DNA from: a virus
Virus record (IMG/VR): IMGVR_UViG_3300022668_000040
Span: 1 to 64,000 of that record
DNA: 64,000 nt
Reading direction: 5' to 3' (one strand)
Below the pieces are notes generated by a model. It had not been told where the DNA came from, made no database searches, and worked only from the letters and a program-made list of their open reading frames with translations. Of the stretch, positions 42,137 to 52,033 are shown one piece after another (positions within the stretch are counted from its first letter, which is position 1; the number at the start of each line of letters is the position of its first letter). A program made the translations under genes and the position numbers.

Positions 42137-42524
42137 AGCTGTAGAGCTGTTTCTCAGCATGCTAAAAAATGGATTTACCTTGGAAGGTAGCTTCCAATTA
42201 TTTGGATTATTTGTACTTTTTGTAGTATTGGCAACATTAGGTATAGCGATTACAAAAATTGCTCATAGTCTCTTATTAGGTGCTAATAAACGATTAAATG
42301 TCGGATCAACTTGGTTACGTCGAGAAAATAATGCTGGAAAAACAATAGCTGCACTATACCTTAAAAAAAGCTTTTTTAAAGTTTGGTTGTGGAATTCAGA
42401 TAATGGGGATCTAATTGAAGAATCCACTATTAAATTTAGCCAATCCACGAAACATTTCATTTCATCTGTACCTGAAGGAATAGACAAAAAGAACATTCCA
42501 AGTGCTTCTACATTTGGAATATAA
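42129..42524 (+). CDS. membrane protein in the lysis cassette (holin candidate)
   Basis: AGAGGA SD, ATG 42129; hydrophobic FGLFVLFVVLATLGIAI segment. Confidence 0.5.
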   Translation: MDKAVELFLSMLKNGFTLEGSFQLFGLFVLFVVLATLGIAITKIAHSLLLGANKRLNVGSTWLRRENNAGKTIAALYLKKSFFKVWLWNSDNGDLIEESTIKFSQSTKHFISSVPEGIDKKNIPSASTFGI

Positions 42525-42535
42525 GGTGTAATACA

Positions 42536-43240
42536 ATGAAAACCATTCTATGCTCATCAATCCTTCTGCTTATGCTTTATGGGTGTGCTGATTCTCATAA
42601 ATTTAAAAGAGCCGAAGATATAGATGAAAAATATACAGGAATCAGTACTACGGCTATAGCAGCTGAAGAGAGTATTTCCTTAGCTGCTATGGGGGTGTAC
42701 AGAGATAAATACGGGGATATAGTAAAAATTGATTCTGTTCCTCCTAATGTAACACATGATAGTAATCCTCCGCCTTTACTAATGAATAAGGATACATCAT
42801 CACTTACACAGGAGGAACAACTTTTGGCAAATGCTATTATACAGGGTGCAGTTAATTTGGGATTAGCAACCCCAAATATCCCCTCACCAAATATAGAGAT
42901 TTCCCTGTTTTCAGGTCCTGTAATAAATAGTACTGTGCAGTTAAACACTGGAGCCGCAGCAAGATTATCTGGCGGAAGTACAAACCAAGAATCTTTTTTA
43001 TCCATTGCTAGAGAAGGATTAAAAAAGATTGGAACTCCTGTAAAAACAGATTTGGAAATAATTTCAAATACTGGATATTCCATATTTAGAAACGTAGCTT
43101 TTCCTCTGGCCGGAGCATATGTACTAAAAGAAGCATTCAAAGCTGCTGGAGACAATATCCATGTAGCTGACAGCAATAATCCTGATAATTCCACGCATGA
43201 CATTGATAATAGTGTCAGCTCTCCTTCTGCCACAGAGTAA
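42536..43240 (+). CDS. lipoprotein (spanin-like candidate)
   Basis: Signal peptide II with lipobox LYG-C; directly before the endolysin. Confidence 0.6.
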   Translation: MKTILCSSILLLMLYGCADSHKFKRAEDIDEKYTGISTTAIAAEESISLAAMGVYRDKYGDIVKIDSVPPNVTHDSNPPPLLMNKDTSSLTQEEQLLANAIIQGAVNLGLATPNIPSPNIEISLFSGPVINSTVQLNTGAAARLSGGSTNQESFLSIAREGLKKIGTPVKTDLEIISNTGYSIFRNVAFPLAGAYVLKEAFKAAGDNIHVADSNNPDNSTHDIDNSVSSPSATE

Positions 43241-43244
43241 TTTG

Positions 43245-43895
43245 ATGACTGATATCTTAATTGCTTTGTATTTGACAGTGAATGTTCTTCGGGAGGCTCC
43301 TAATGATCCTCCTGAAAGTCAAAACGCAATAGCCCATGTTGTGCTAAATAGAGCCCGCCAATGTTCAGGAGACATATCTCCTGAATCAGTCCTAACTGAA
43401 TTGCGTCGTAATGCACAATTTAGCTGGACAAATAGGGTGAAAGGAAAAAGGGATACTTCATACTCATTAGATATTTTACAACAAAATTCTTTTCAGAAAT
43501 TTGCGTATACATACCCTATAATGATACAGGCGTACTCAGAAGCTAAATCTGATTTTGATCCTACGGGAGGGGCTCTATATTATCACTTAAAAAATATGCC
43601 TGTGTATCCAGATTGGGCAGCGTTCAAAGTGGCTCTCCCGTATAATTTTCAAGGATCGCATATATTTTATTTGGGGAATGGAGGAAATCCTGATTTCGAA
43701 TTCTGTAGTAAGAAAATCATTCCGGCTAATAAAAAAGCAGTAGAAGCTTGCCAGAACTTATCAGTACATCCCAATGGTGAACACACTGATAAGGATAAAC
43801 TGAAGAAACAAAAGGAAGCTACTCCAAAAGAAACAAAGTTGTCATTTCTTTTGGAGGTAGTCAGGAAATTAACTGTTAGGCATACTTCTAAATAA
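43245..43895 (+). CDS. SleB-like cell wall hydrolase (Hydrolase_2), putative endolysin
   Basis: EA......AIAHVVLNR, QFSW, DPTGGALYYH, GSHIFY. Confidence 0.85.
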   Translation: MTDILIALYLTVNVLREAPNDPPESQNAIAHVVLNRARQCSGDISPESVLTELRRNAQFSWTNRVKGKRDTSYSLDILQQNSFQKFAYTYPIMIQAYSEAKSDFDPTGGALYYHLKNMPVYPDWAAFKVALPYNFQGSHIFYLGNGGNPDFEFCSKKIIPANKKAVEACQNLSVHPNGEHTDKDKLKKQKEATPKETKLSFLLEVVRKLTVRHTSK

Positions 43896-44525
43896 ATCGG
43901 AAATAGGGCCTCCATGAGCAAACCCGGTAAATCCTAACTGCTGGATTTGCTCATCCTCAGTAAATGCATGCATCGTGCAATCTTTCATTATTGAATCTAT
44001 ACAATCCATAATTTTAATTTCCTGAGTATAATGTAATGTTGCAACTTTATTCTCTGCTAACTTATCACAAATTGTATTCAAAACGACTTGAGCGTTCCCG
44101 ACACAAACTATTTTTTCCTCCACTGATTCTAAAACTATTTTTTCTTTTTCTAGTTTGCTCAACTCTAGCTTTAGTTTTTTCCTAATATCTGTGGTAGAAT
44201 CACGTATAACTTCAACTATAGTCAATCTTCTATTGCCCTTTATAACATGCTCTAACCACTGCTCTGTAAAAGAGCTAAGTCTTGATAATGCTTGGGATAA
44301 AATTACAGATTGTTCTTTTTTTGGAATTTCCCCATGTTTATCGTAATAAGCTCTGTCTTCCTCATTTGATAAGACAGTGTAAGCCTTATTTATTTGCATG
44401 AATAGTTCTGCGGATGCCCTGGGGCCAGTATCTGGATGATACAATTTAGCGAGGGATCTGTAGGCTTTCTTTATTTGTTCTGTTGATGCATCGTTTTTTA
44501 CTCCTAAATCATCATATAAGCTCAT
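43869..44525 (-). CDS. J-domain (DnaJ-like) protein
   Basis: LYDDLGV...IKKAYR.LA..YHPD...YD..G. Confidence 0.85.
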   Translation of the reverse strand: MSLYDDLGVKNDASTEQIKKAYRSLAKLYHPDTGPRASAELFMQINKAYTVLSNEEDRAYYDKHGEIPKKEQSVILSQALSRLSSFTEQWLEHVIKGNRRLTIVEVIRDSTTDIRKKLKLELSKLEKEKIVLESVEEKIVCVGNAQVVLNTICDKLAENKVATLHYTQEIKIMDCIDSIMKDCTMHAFTEDEQIQQLGFTGFAHGGPISDLFRSMPNS

Positions 44526-44569
44526 ATTTTTCTCCTCGGATGAAATATTAGTGTGGGATAAGCAGTACT

Positions 44570-45001
44570 CTACTTATCAGGGGTAAAGAGATCACATACA
44601 GATAAAAATACCATGTGGCAATTTGTACACGTATGTTGAGATCTTCTGTTATTTTTTACAGAATTCTTGGTTACCCCACAATGTGGGCATGTTATGGCAA
44701 AAAGAGCGCTATGCACTCCCCCCGTAAGCATATCTTTTTGTGTAAGTGTAACACATTGGAAACAACTGATATATACTTTCACAACATTTATACATGATAT
44801 CCATTCTTTCCAATTTTTCAAAAATAAGCGAAACATCCTATCTTGAGAATACTCATATAACATTTCTTCTCTAAAACAAAGTGTGTTGGAAAAAAATATA
44901 CCATCTTTAGATAGCCAAATTATGGAAAATATTCTTCCATCTATTGGAATATCTACATCACCATCACAACTTGTGCGCACTATTATCCTCTTAACACCCA
45001 T
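44570..45001 (-). CDS. hypothetical protein with C-terminal Zn ribbon
   Basis: CPHC...CTNC. Confidence 0.55.
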   Translation of the reverse strand: MGVKRIIVRTSCDGDVDIPIDGRIFSIIWLSKDGIFFSNTLCFREEMLYEYSQDRMFRLFLKNWKEWISCINVVKVYISCFQCVTLTQKDMLTGGVHSALFAITCPHCGVTKNSVKNNRRSQHTCTNCHMVFLSVCDLFTPDK

Positions 45002-45010
45002 TCTTTGACC

Positions 45011-45475
45011 TCATCTAACAAAATTAATCGCTGAGTATACTTTTGTCACTACTGCATCAGCTATAATACAATCATCATAAGCAAGGTCCACATGTTGTGA
45101 TGCTCCGGCAATTGTCTCTAAAAGAGGATCAAAGAGGGATAATTTTTCTGAACTTTTTATTTTTTCACTCAAATCAGTCATTACATGATTAATGATACAA
45201 AGTAATGTTGGCAAAGATAGAGATTGCCATTCCTTATCAGTATTCACACAATCCCCAATAAGTTTAAGGTGAGTACATATCCATTCTTTATTTTTTTCAG
45301 ATTTTCCAGTTTCTGGAAACTTTGCACAACAGTCTTCACTTACTTCCAATCCATATAGAATAATTGGCCTTATGTCCCCGGATAGCTCATAAGATTCTAT
45401 TGTTATAAAACAACTATGTACAAAAGCTAACAATGTTATTGTTTGATTAGATGCTAAGCTCATATGTATTTCCAA
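45011..45475 (-). CDS. hypothetical protein
   Basis: Packed in the - strand operon. Confidence 0.55.
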   Translation of the reverse strand: MEIHMSLASNQTITLLAFVHSCFITIESYELSGDIRPIILYGLEVSEDCCAKFPETGKSEKNKEWICTHLKLIGDCVNTDKEWQSLSLPTLLCIINHVMTDLSEKIKSSEKLSLFDPLLETIAGASQHVDLAYDDCIIADAVVTKVYSAINFVR

Positions 45476-45900
45476 GTTATCCTATGTACTATTTTATGTA
45501 TTGTTGATCTGCACACTCCAAATTGTGCTGCAAGAAGGGTCATACTTTTTCCGTTTCCATTAAGTTCACGTATTTGCATAACTTGAGAACGGGTTAACTT
45601 TTTTCTTTTTTGAGGTTTTTTATTTTGGACAAAATCTATAAACTCCATAAATTTTGGAGTTTGGAAATCTATGCCAAGTTTTACTTTTTTCCCTGTAGTG
45701 CATTGTAGGCAAACACTGGTATCATGTCTCACAAAAGTTTGTAAGTTTATGGAACTTTTGTTTCCTGATTTTATTTCCAATTTCGCCCTTCTTTGAAAAG
45801 AGAGACACATAGAGATAAATGAAGATTTACTCATACGTGTCTCTCTTTTGCCTGTAATAGGGCATCCCATATATTTATGGATACCATATTTATCAGCCAT
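45460..45900 (-). CDS. HTH DNA-binding protein
   Basis: KLT..QV..IR...LAAQFGVCRSTIHKIV...TWK C-terminal HTH. Confidence 0.65.
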   Translation of the reverse strand: MADKYGIHKYMGCPITGKRETRMSKSSFISMCLSFQRRAKLEIKSGNKSSINLQTFVRHDTSVCLQCTTGKKVKLGIDFQTPKFMEFIDFVQNKKPQKRKKLTRSQVMQIRELNGNGKSMTLLAAQFGVCRSTIHKIVHRITWKYI

Positions 45901-46378
45901 GTTGCTCCTTGATATTACCCTCGGAGATAATGGGTGCAGCGGGGCCGATCTTTGTTACTCCTGCAACTTGACCGATCTTTTCTTTAAAGTACTCAAATGA
46001 ATCAATAGCCACAAATCCTTGGGATGATGCTCCCTTTACAGTGATAGAGGTGTAAATATCATCTCGGAATACACTTACTATATGATCTATAGCCAGGAAC
46101 ATTTTTACTGTGGGTAATTTTCCGTCCTGAACGACTCCCATCCCCACCATAGCAGCCAGCATAGGAATGTGTGCTGAGTCCATAAACGACAGTAAGGCCA
46201 TTACATCACATGAGCTGATCAATATGTTCCCTTCGTATAAAATTTTTGTTCGTCTGTCTCCAGATTGGTATATCCCTACAATAAGATTTGGATCTATGAG
46301 TGTTGGCATTATGCGAGTATTTGACTCTGCATTCTCATCTTCATTTTTTCTTACATACTCTATAGGTAACTCAAGCAT
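45893..46378 (-). CDS. hypothetical protein
   Basis: AAGGAG SD; internal duplicated ID..IV.(I/V) motif. Confidence 0.6.
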   Translation of the reverse strand: MLELPIEYVRKNEDENAESNTRIMPTLIDPNLIVGIYQSGDRRTKILYEGNILISSCDVMALLSFMDSAHIPMLAAMVGMGVVQDGKLPTVKMFLAIDHIVSVFRDDIYTSITVKGASSQGFVAIDSFEYFKEKIGQVAGVTKIGPAAPIISEGNIKEQHG

Positions 46379-46390
46379 TCTTTTCTCCTT

Positions 46391-47320
46391 TTATATTATC
46401 CAGTTTCTTTGTTCAAATTCACTTTTTACGGGAGCCAACAATTCCCTGAATTGTGGGTATGCATCTTTTGCAGTGCGCAGTTTGAATATATGATTCCATT
46501 CAGGAACACTTGCAGTTACCACTATTCGTGTGGCTACCTGATTATTCAAATGTACTCTAGCTTGTTCCGCTGCTTTCTTCCCATTTATTCCCAGCATATG
46601 AGCTATTTTCAAATCCTGAATATACACAGATTCAGTGTGTGCGCAAGCATTCCTCCATGCTGAATATCTTTCTAATTCAATAGAATTAGGAGTGTGCTCT
46701 TTTTCTAACATTTTACTAAAATGCTGAGGCACAATAAATTCAACATGTTTTTTATACATGCAATACCTTTGGGACTCTTGACAAAATGAGCAAAGTCTGT
46801 GACGAACAAGTTCATGTGTGACAGCTCTATCTGTTAAAAAATGTACTGATACTCTTTTCAATTGTATTGGTATTTCTTCATTAGAACATACATGAAAACA
46901 ATTGGGGAATTTATTAAAAATAGTTTCCAAATTATCTACATTATTCTCCTCTGGGGGAAACGTCCCAAAAAAAGCATCCAAATAAGCATTATGCCATGCC
47001 AAATAATTACCCCCGATATATGCATCCCCTTCATGCATGATGAAGGCAAGATGATCTGAATTAGCCGCAATTTTGGCATTATTAAGAAGAATACGTGGAG
47101 AATATAACCCTTTAGTTTTCACAACAAGGTTTGAATGTTCTATAACAGCAGTGTGGTTTCTTTTCATTAACCCATTTACGAACCGCTTCCCGGACCCATC
47201 TATAATTTTATCCTCTGATCGGTAACAAATTCTGCCCGCCTTCTCAATTCTTAGAATATTGCCCATAAAAGTATCTGGACATTCTCCCCAAAACTCCATT
47301 CCTTGTGTGAGTATCTTCAT
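46391..47320 (-). CDS. thyX: flavin-dependent thymidylate synthase
   Basis: GRICYRS, H.AVIEH, RAVTHELVRHR..SF.QESQRY, FKLR. Confidence 0.92.
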   Translation of the reverse strand: MKILTQGMEFWGECPDTFMGNILRIEKAGRICYRSEDKIIDGSGKRFVNGLMKRNHTAVIEHSNLVVKTKGLYSPRILLNNAKIAANSDHLAFIMHEGDAYIGGNYLAWHNAYLDAFFGTFPPEENNVDNLETIFNKFPNCFHVCSNEEIPIQLKRVSVHFLTDRAVTHELVRHRLCSFCQESQRYCMYKKHVEFIVPQHFSKMLEKEHTPNSIELERYSAWRNACAHTESVYIQDLKIAHMLGINGKKAAEQARVHLNNQVATRIVVTASVPEWNHIFKLRTAKDAYPQFRELLAPVKSEFEQRNWII

Positions 47321-47323
47321 AGT

Positions 47324-47671
47324 TTATTGATCCAATAATAAATTTGAAATAACAGCTTTTATTTCTCCACTTGTGAGAGATTTTCCAAGTTCCTCTTTAA
47401 ATGATAAAGGAGTATTGCAAATAATATTGCGTATTCGTACTGGGTATGGATATTCAGTAATAAAATAAATATTTAATATATGCTCTCTTTTCGTACTATC
47501 CAAACTGTTTACAGCATGAACTTCTATTGAATCTAAACTATTTACTATAGAAGTACGAATGTGTAATTCTAATATTCCCTCTGATTCCACAATCCATTCT
47601 TTAGATGCATCGTTAAGTATATCTTGGGGAGATCTGACATCTTTTATTATAATATCTTTTGGAAAGTACAT
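47324..47671 (-). CDS. hypothetical protein
   Basis: Translationally coupled ORF. Confidence 0.55.
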   Translation of the reverse strand: MYFPKDIIIKDVRSPQDILNDASKEWIVESEGILELHIRTSIVNSLDSIEVHAVNSLDSTKREHILNIYFITEYPYPVRIRNIICNTPLSFKEELGKSLTSGEIKAVISNLLLDQ

Positions 47672-47943
47672 TATATACCCCTATTTAATATTTCCAAAAT
47701 ACACCCTTCGTTATCAATAATTTTCCCCAATTTTTGCTTTAACCTTCTTTGCTGATTACGATAGCCAATAATAGTAAACACTAATACGTTTTCTACAAAT
47801 GTGGGCATTTCTTTGAAATATACTTCATTATTCTGAACATACCAAATAATACTTCCAACTAACTTTTTGGTATTCACAGATGTGTTTGGTTCTTTTTTAG
47901 TCACCATATATGTGTAATGTCTATCTTGCATAATATAATCCAT
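47671..47943 (-). CDS. hypothetical protein
   Basis: Translationally coupled ORF. Confidence 0.5.
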   Translation of the reverse strand: MDYIMQDRHYTYMVTKKEPNTSVNTKKLVGSIIWYVQNNEVYFKEMPTFVENVLVFTIIGYRNQQRRLKQKLGKIIDNEGCILEILNRGI

Positions 47944-47952
47944 AAATATTTA

Positions 47953-47986
47953 AAAATAAGGTGTGGGATTACCCACACCTTATTTT
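47953..47986. terminator. intrinsic terminator (bidirectional)
   Basis: aaaataaggtgtggg-atta-cccacaccttatttt. Confidence 0.7.
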
Positions 47987-48017
47987 ATTTAGGGAATAAT
48001 CTAAAACACTCTTTTAA

Positions 48018-48512
48018 TTATCCCATAGCGCCTGACACACTGGAACGCAAATCAAACAAAGAGGTGATTTTTGGCAATGGGAAAGGTAGTTTCTTATTGC
48101 ACTTACCGTCTTGCTGAGAATAATTCTGCCGTTTAGCAAAATCTATCTCCGTCATACACCCAAGATTCTGTGATACACTGGAGCATTTCAACTTGACGAC
48201 CACGGAATTCGCTTTGTTTACCAAATCAACAGACACCCAGCCATCCCCTTGTGGACATTCATTTGTTTGGCTGCTATCCCCTCTCATTTTCACCACAAGC
48301 TCAGGACGATTCTGCAACTTCCAAGCATTAGCATTGAACTTTGCATTGTCATTCACGACAGCCCGCGCTGCCTCCAATGTTGCGAAGGACACTTTATCCG
48401 ACTTTCCTGTAAATATATAGAAGATAAAGAAGGTCCCAAAAATCAAAAGTAACATTCCTGCAATAGCTGACTTTGGTCTACGTTTCACTCGTTGAATTAT
48501 TTCACTATTCAT
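48018..48512 (-). CDS. membrane-anchored Cys-containing exported protein
   Basis: N-terminal TM; GDSSQ..ECPQGDGW, LKC...GC; AAGGAG SD. Confidence 0.7.
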   Translation of the reverse strand: MNSEIIQRVKRRPKSAIAGMLLLIFGTFFIFYIFTGKSDKVSFATLEAARAVVNDNAKFNANAWKLQNRPELVVKMRGDSSQTNECPQGDGWVSVDLVNKANSVVVKLKCSSVSQNLGCMTEIDFAKRQNYSQQDGKCNKKLPFPLPKITSLFDLRSSVSGAMG

Positions 48513-48543
48513 ACATTCTCCTTATTTACTACTTGGTTTATAT

Positions 48544-49095
48544 TTAAGCAACTAAACGCAACCCTGCGTATAATTGTCCTACATTTGCCTCTCTTCGTGC
48601 TCTTTTACGAGCATTTGCACGTATCTCCGCCTGCACAGGAGCTTGTTTATCCAAAGCCATTTGCAATATTTGGTCCATACTGGCCTCATGCAAATATATT
48701 TCTTTTTTTGGCTCCTCTGGGCGATGAAAATGAACAATATCCTCCAATCTTTGATAGGTAACTTCTTTCCACGTGGGGATTCCTGATATGGGGGAAAACA
48801 AAACTTTATGATCAAATGCTTGAACTAAAATTTCCCCTCCCAATGCCCGCAAATCAAAAAATTGGACTGGAAATGGCATAGAGGGATTTCTCTCCCTATA
48901 CGTAAAATCCCGCAAATTTGTTATGCCCTGTAAATTGAACTGTTTGTGCTGTATGGCTATCTGCATGGTTCCGCTGGATACATCCTGATTTGCAGAAAGT
49001 TCCCATCCATTTTGATATAAATCATACGAATTTGTTTTCCATCCAGCCCAGTAAATATCTAATGGGGCATTAAACTCCTTCCATCCGGGAAACAT
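48544..49095 (-). CDS. hypothetical protein
   Basis: 183-aa ORF, I.WAGW..N...L...GWELS motif, ends LRLVA. Confidence 0.65.
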   Translation of the reverse strand: MFPGWKEFNAPLDIYWAGWKTNSYDLYQNGWELSANQDVSSGTMQIAIQHKQFNLQGITNLRDFTYRERNPSMPFPVQFFDLRALGGEILVQAFDHKVLFSPISGIPTWKEVTYQRLEDIVHFHRPEEPKKEIYLHEASMDQILQMALDKQAPVQAEIRANARKRARREANVGQLYAGLRLVA

Positions 49096-49097
49096 TC

Positions 49098-49310
49098 CTA
49101 TTCTCCAAACTCATCACGAAGCTCTTGACGTAAATCCTCTAGCTCACGCAAATAATTGTCGTAAATATGTTTGGCATTGTTTACTCTCTCCATAAGAAGC
49201 CTCACCCTTCCTTTCGCAGCTTCTCTTTTCTCCCAGGAAACCTCGTGCTCCGCTTCTTTAAAAATAGAGCTCACTGTAAAACTACCTATCTTTTTTTCTT
49301 TATCAGCCAT
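49098..49310 (-). CDS. small coiled-coil protein
   Basis: GGAG SD; 70 aa. Confidence 0.6.
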   Translation of the reverse strand: MADKEKKIGSFTVSSIFKEAEHEVSWEKREAAKGRVRLLMERVNNAKHIYDNYLRELEDLRQELRDEFGE

Positions 49311-49322
49311 TTTATTCTCCCA

Positions 49323-49580
49323 TCATACAGAATTTAATCCTTTTTGTTGCATTACTTTTAAAAGTCTTTTAGACCTCATCCTTTCATCCATTGTGCCAAT
49401 CATACTTAGCACAGTCCTTGCCTCAAACAAAGCTTTGAACTTTTTTTCTTTAGGACCCTCCGTATCCTCCATAATAATGTTGTCTTTTACTGTCCTCATC
49501 TCATTTTGTGTGTGTGGTAGCATTCTGCCTCTCTTTATGTAGTCATACGATATTAGTACACATAAACCTATAAAAAGCAA
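49323..49580 (-). CDS. hypothetical protein (true start probably downstream)
   Basis: Fills the operon gap. Confidence 0.45.
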   Translation of the reverse strand: MLFIGLCVLISYDYIKRGRMLPHTQNEMRTVKDNIIMEDTEGPKEKKFKALFEARTVLSMIGTMDERMRSKRLLKVMQQKGLNSV

Positions 49581-50091
49581 GTTCAGTTGAATGATCGGGT
49601 ATATTTAAAACATAATCCTCACTTTGTATAGAAACTCCTTTCTCAGAAGCATGTGATTTGGAATCTATTTTTGGTGTAAAATTCCTTTGTAAATGAACAA
49701 TTACTCCATCATTTTCTCTTATTAAATTAGCTTCGTTATCAAATCTTACATCATCTATCACTAAAGAAATTCCATTTCTCATGAGTTGGGAAATTTGCTG
49801 TTGCATCCTTTGTATAAAGAAATCATGGCATATAACATCCCGAATAAATTCTGTAGCAAATAATTGCATCAATTTTCTCGGTGTAATATTTGGAATCCAG
49901 GGAATCTCTCGTTCTTTTTTATCCTGATCTGTAAACCAAGATAAATCCAACCCCGTTAATACTACTAAAGATTCTTTTAATGGATTAGCAAAGGATATCA
50001 ATTTATAATCAGCTGACCTTTGTAACCACTTTGCAGCTGTTGTTTTTCCAACTCCGGCTGGTCCGGCCAATCCTATTATAGGAGTACTCAT
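49543..50091 (-). CDS. deoxynucleoside monophosphate kinase
   Basis: IIGLAGPAGVGKTT, SFA.PLK, TPR.LMQ, DDVRF.NE, SHASE. Confidence 0.88.
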   Translation of the reverse strand: MSTPIIGLAGPAGVGKTTAAKWLQRSADYKLISFANPLKESLVVLTGLDLSWFTDQDKKEREIPWIPNITPRKLMQLFATEFIRDVICHDFFIQRMQQQISQLMRNGISLVIDDVRFDNEANLIRENDGVIVHLQRNFTPKIDSKSHASEKGVSIQSEDYVLNIPDHSTELAFYRFMCTNIV

Positions 50092-50231
50092 TTTTTACTT
50101 TCCTTTTTCACCACTAAATCTTTAGCCATGTTTGTATGTGCGTCCTTCACATGGCTCCGTAATTGCCTAGGAGTATCAAAATCTTTATTACATATAGGGC
50201 ATTTATGATCTTTTTTTCTGTGCCAAGCCAT
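50088..50231 (-). CDS. 47-aa C2H2 zinc-finger protein (below the ORF-track cutoff)
   Basis: MAWHRKKDHKCPICNKDFDTPRQLRSHVKDAH...: C-x2-C-x12-H-x4-H; AAGGA SD; ATGA overlap with the kinase. Confidence 0.75.
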   Translation of the reverse strand: MAWHRKKDHKCPICNKDFDTPRQLRSHVKDAHTNMAKDLVVKKESKK

Positions 50232-50291
50232 AGGTATTTCCTTTTAAGTACATTATTAGCAAGAATTTTGTGGGTTGTCAATAATATTTTA

Positions 50292-50897
50292 TTAAGAAGT
50301 TAATAAAATATTACTAACTCCATCGATTTGTTCAACAAAAAAAGCCTTATCTGCATGCTCTTTTAACACGGTGACATGTGTAGCAATAATAAATTGAATT
50401 CCTAATTCAGTAGAAAGTTCTCTAATCATTCGAGAGGCAAGTCTATGCTTTGTTTTTCCCAAATTTCTAAAAGGTTCATCCAATATAAGTACTTTATCAT
50501 TAGAACACAAAAGTGTATGTGCTACTTTAAGAGAAAAGGATATTATATCCAAAACACCATACCCTCTACCATCCAAGAGATCATATTGTCTTCCATCTTC
50601 TATTAGGTATATATCGCATTCTGATGTGTTCCTTCTTTCCACAAACTCTAATTTTAATTTCAAATTCTTTTCTGGAAAAACTACACTAAGAGCTTTGCTT
50701 ACAATAGATGATAATGTATTTGAAATATCCTGCTGTGTAAGCAATGTGGATTTTTTAAAGATATCCAAAGCATGAAGTAAATTTGTTTGCTCACTTTCTA
50801 AGGCATCTCTCTTTCGCGTCAATTTCGTCGCATATGAGTCTAAAATCTTTTTTTTAGACTCAACTTCCTGTAACCTACTATTCCAAGTACTCAGCAT
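50292..50897 (-). CDS. SbcC/Rad50-like ATPase, C-terminal half
   Basis: Coiled coil, Walker B VLILDEPF, H-loop IIATH. Confidence 0.8.
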   Translation of the reverse strand: MLSTWNSRLQEVESKKKILDSYATKLTRKRDALESEQTNLLHALDIFKKSTLLTQQDISNTLSSIVSKALSVVFPEKNLKLKLEFVERRNTSECDIYLIEDGRQYDLLDGRGYGVLDIISFSLKVAHTLLCSNDKVLILDEPFRNLGKTKHRLASRMIRELSTELGIQFIIATHVTVLKEHADKAFFVEQIDGVSNILLTS

Positions 50898-51117
50898 ATT
50901 TTTTTTCAAATACGTTTAGTTTTTTTTCAAAAATGCGTTTTTTTCTATCCAATTTTTTCTTTTCTTGAGATAAGGCTCTTTGTGCTTCTTCGACAGTATT
51001 CCATCCTAGATCTTTTAACTGAGACATGAGCAAATCTACCTGGGCTGTAATTCTATTTCTTTCCCTCTCATGCTCATGCGCTAAAGCAATTAATTCTTCC
51101 AATCGTTCATCATTCAT
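50878..51117 (-). CDS. small coiled-coil protein in the SbcCD cluster
   Basis: 79 aa, heptad-rich. Confidence 0.6.
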   Translation of the reverse strand: MNDERLEELIALAHEHERERNRITAQVDLLMSQLKDLGWNTVEEAQRALSQEKKKLDRKKRIFEKKLNVFEKKYAEYLE

Positions 51118-51118
51118 T

Positions 51119-52033
51119 TTATTCTCTCTGTTCTCCTAATATCGATAACACTAACTCTTTCACTTGTGGATCAACATTCTCTTTATCCATAACAAAATCT
51201 ACAGCTCTGGGAAAACTTGGAACACGTTGTTTATCAGTAAACGTTTTCAGCAATTTTTGCATCTCTTTGGAAAAATGTTTATTTTTTCCACTTTGTTTAC
51301 TTTCGGCTAAAAACACTTTTTCCTTTTTCTCAATTTTTAAATATACTCTTTTTAAATGTCCACTATAAGTGTTTAAGACCCACACAGAAGGGCGAAAATT
51401 TTTTTGAGTAACATTTTTTCGCATCATAGGACCGCAATTTATCAGCAGCCTCTCTTTGTATCTGAGAATAAAGGATTCATGGTAATCTCCAGATACTATG
51501 AATTTATAATTTTTGTATTGGGATAATGCTGTCTTTGCAGACACTGCATCTGGTAAAAAAAATGGAGGCTCTCCATCTGTTATGGATTTATGGATAACTA
51601 ATATATTTTTGGAATTATTCGCAACTGGGACTTCTTGTCCAAAAGAAGCACCATATACTTTGTACATTCCAAGCATTGTTGGGGTGGAGGATAATAAATG
51701 GATATTATTATCAAATAATATTGTTTGCAAAGGGGATGATATAAGGTCCTGAGAATGATAGGACATATCATGCTGACCAGCTACAACAAACACACCTTTT
51801 CTCACATTTTTTAATGCGCGTATAACCGTATTCACTACTTTATGGCCCACACGCACATGATCAAAAATATCCCCGGCAATTATTAAAGCTGCTTGATTCC
51901 TATTAGCAATTGAAACTATTTGTTTCAATTTTGCACATTCTGTAGTGAAGTAATCATCTACTCTAAATTGTGGTCTATTTATTTGCAGGTGCAAATCAGC
52001 GCAACATACTATATTTTCTAAATTGGTAATCAT
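51119..52033 (-). CDS. SbcD/Mre11-like metallophosphoesterase nuclease
   Basis: ADLH, AGDIFD, GQHD, IH, SGDYH motifs. Confidence 0.85.
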   Translation of the reverse strand: MITNLENIVCCADLHLQINRPQFRVDDYFTTECAKLKQIVSIANRNQAALIIAGDIFDHVRVGHKVVNTVIRALKNVRKGVFVVAGQHDMSYHSQDLISSPLQTILFDNNIHLLSSTPTMLGMYKVYGASFGQEVPVANNSKNILVIHKSITDGEPPFFLPDAVSAKTALSQYKNYKFIVSGDYHESFILRYKERLLINCGPMMRKNVTQKNFRPSVWVLNTYSGHLKRVYLKIEKKEKVFLAESKQSGKNKHFSKEMQKLLKTFTDKQRVPSFPRAVDFVMDKENVDPQVKELVLSILGEQRE

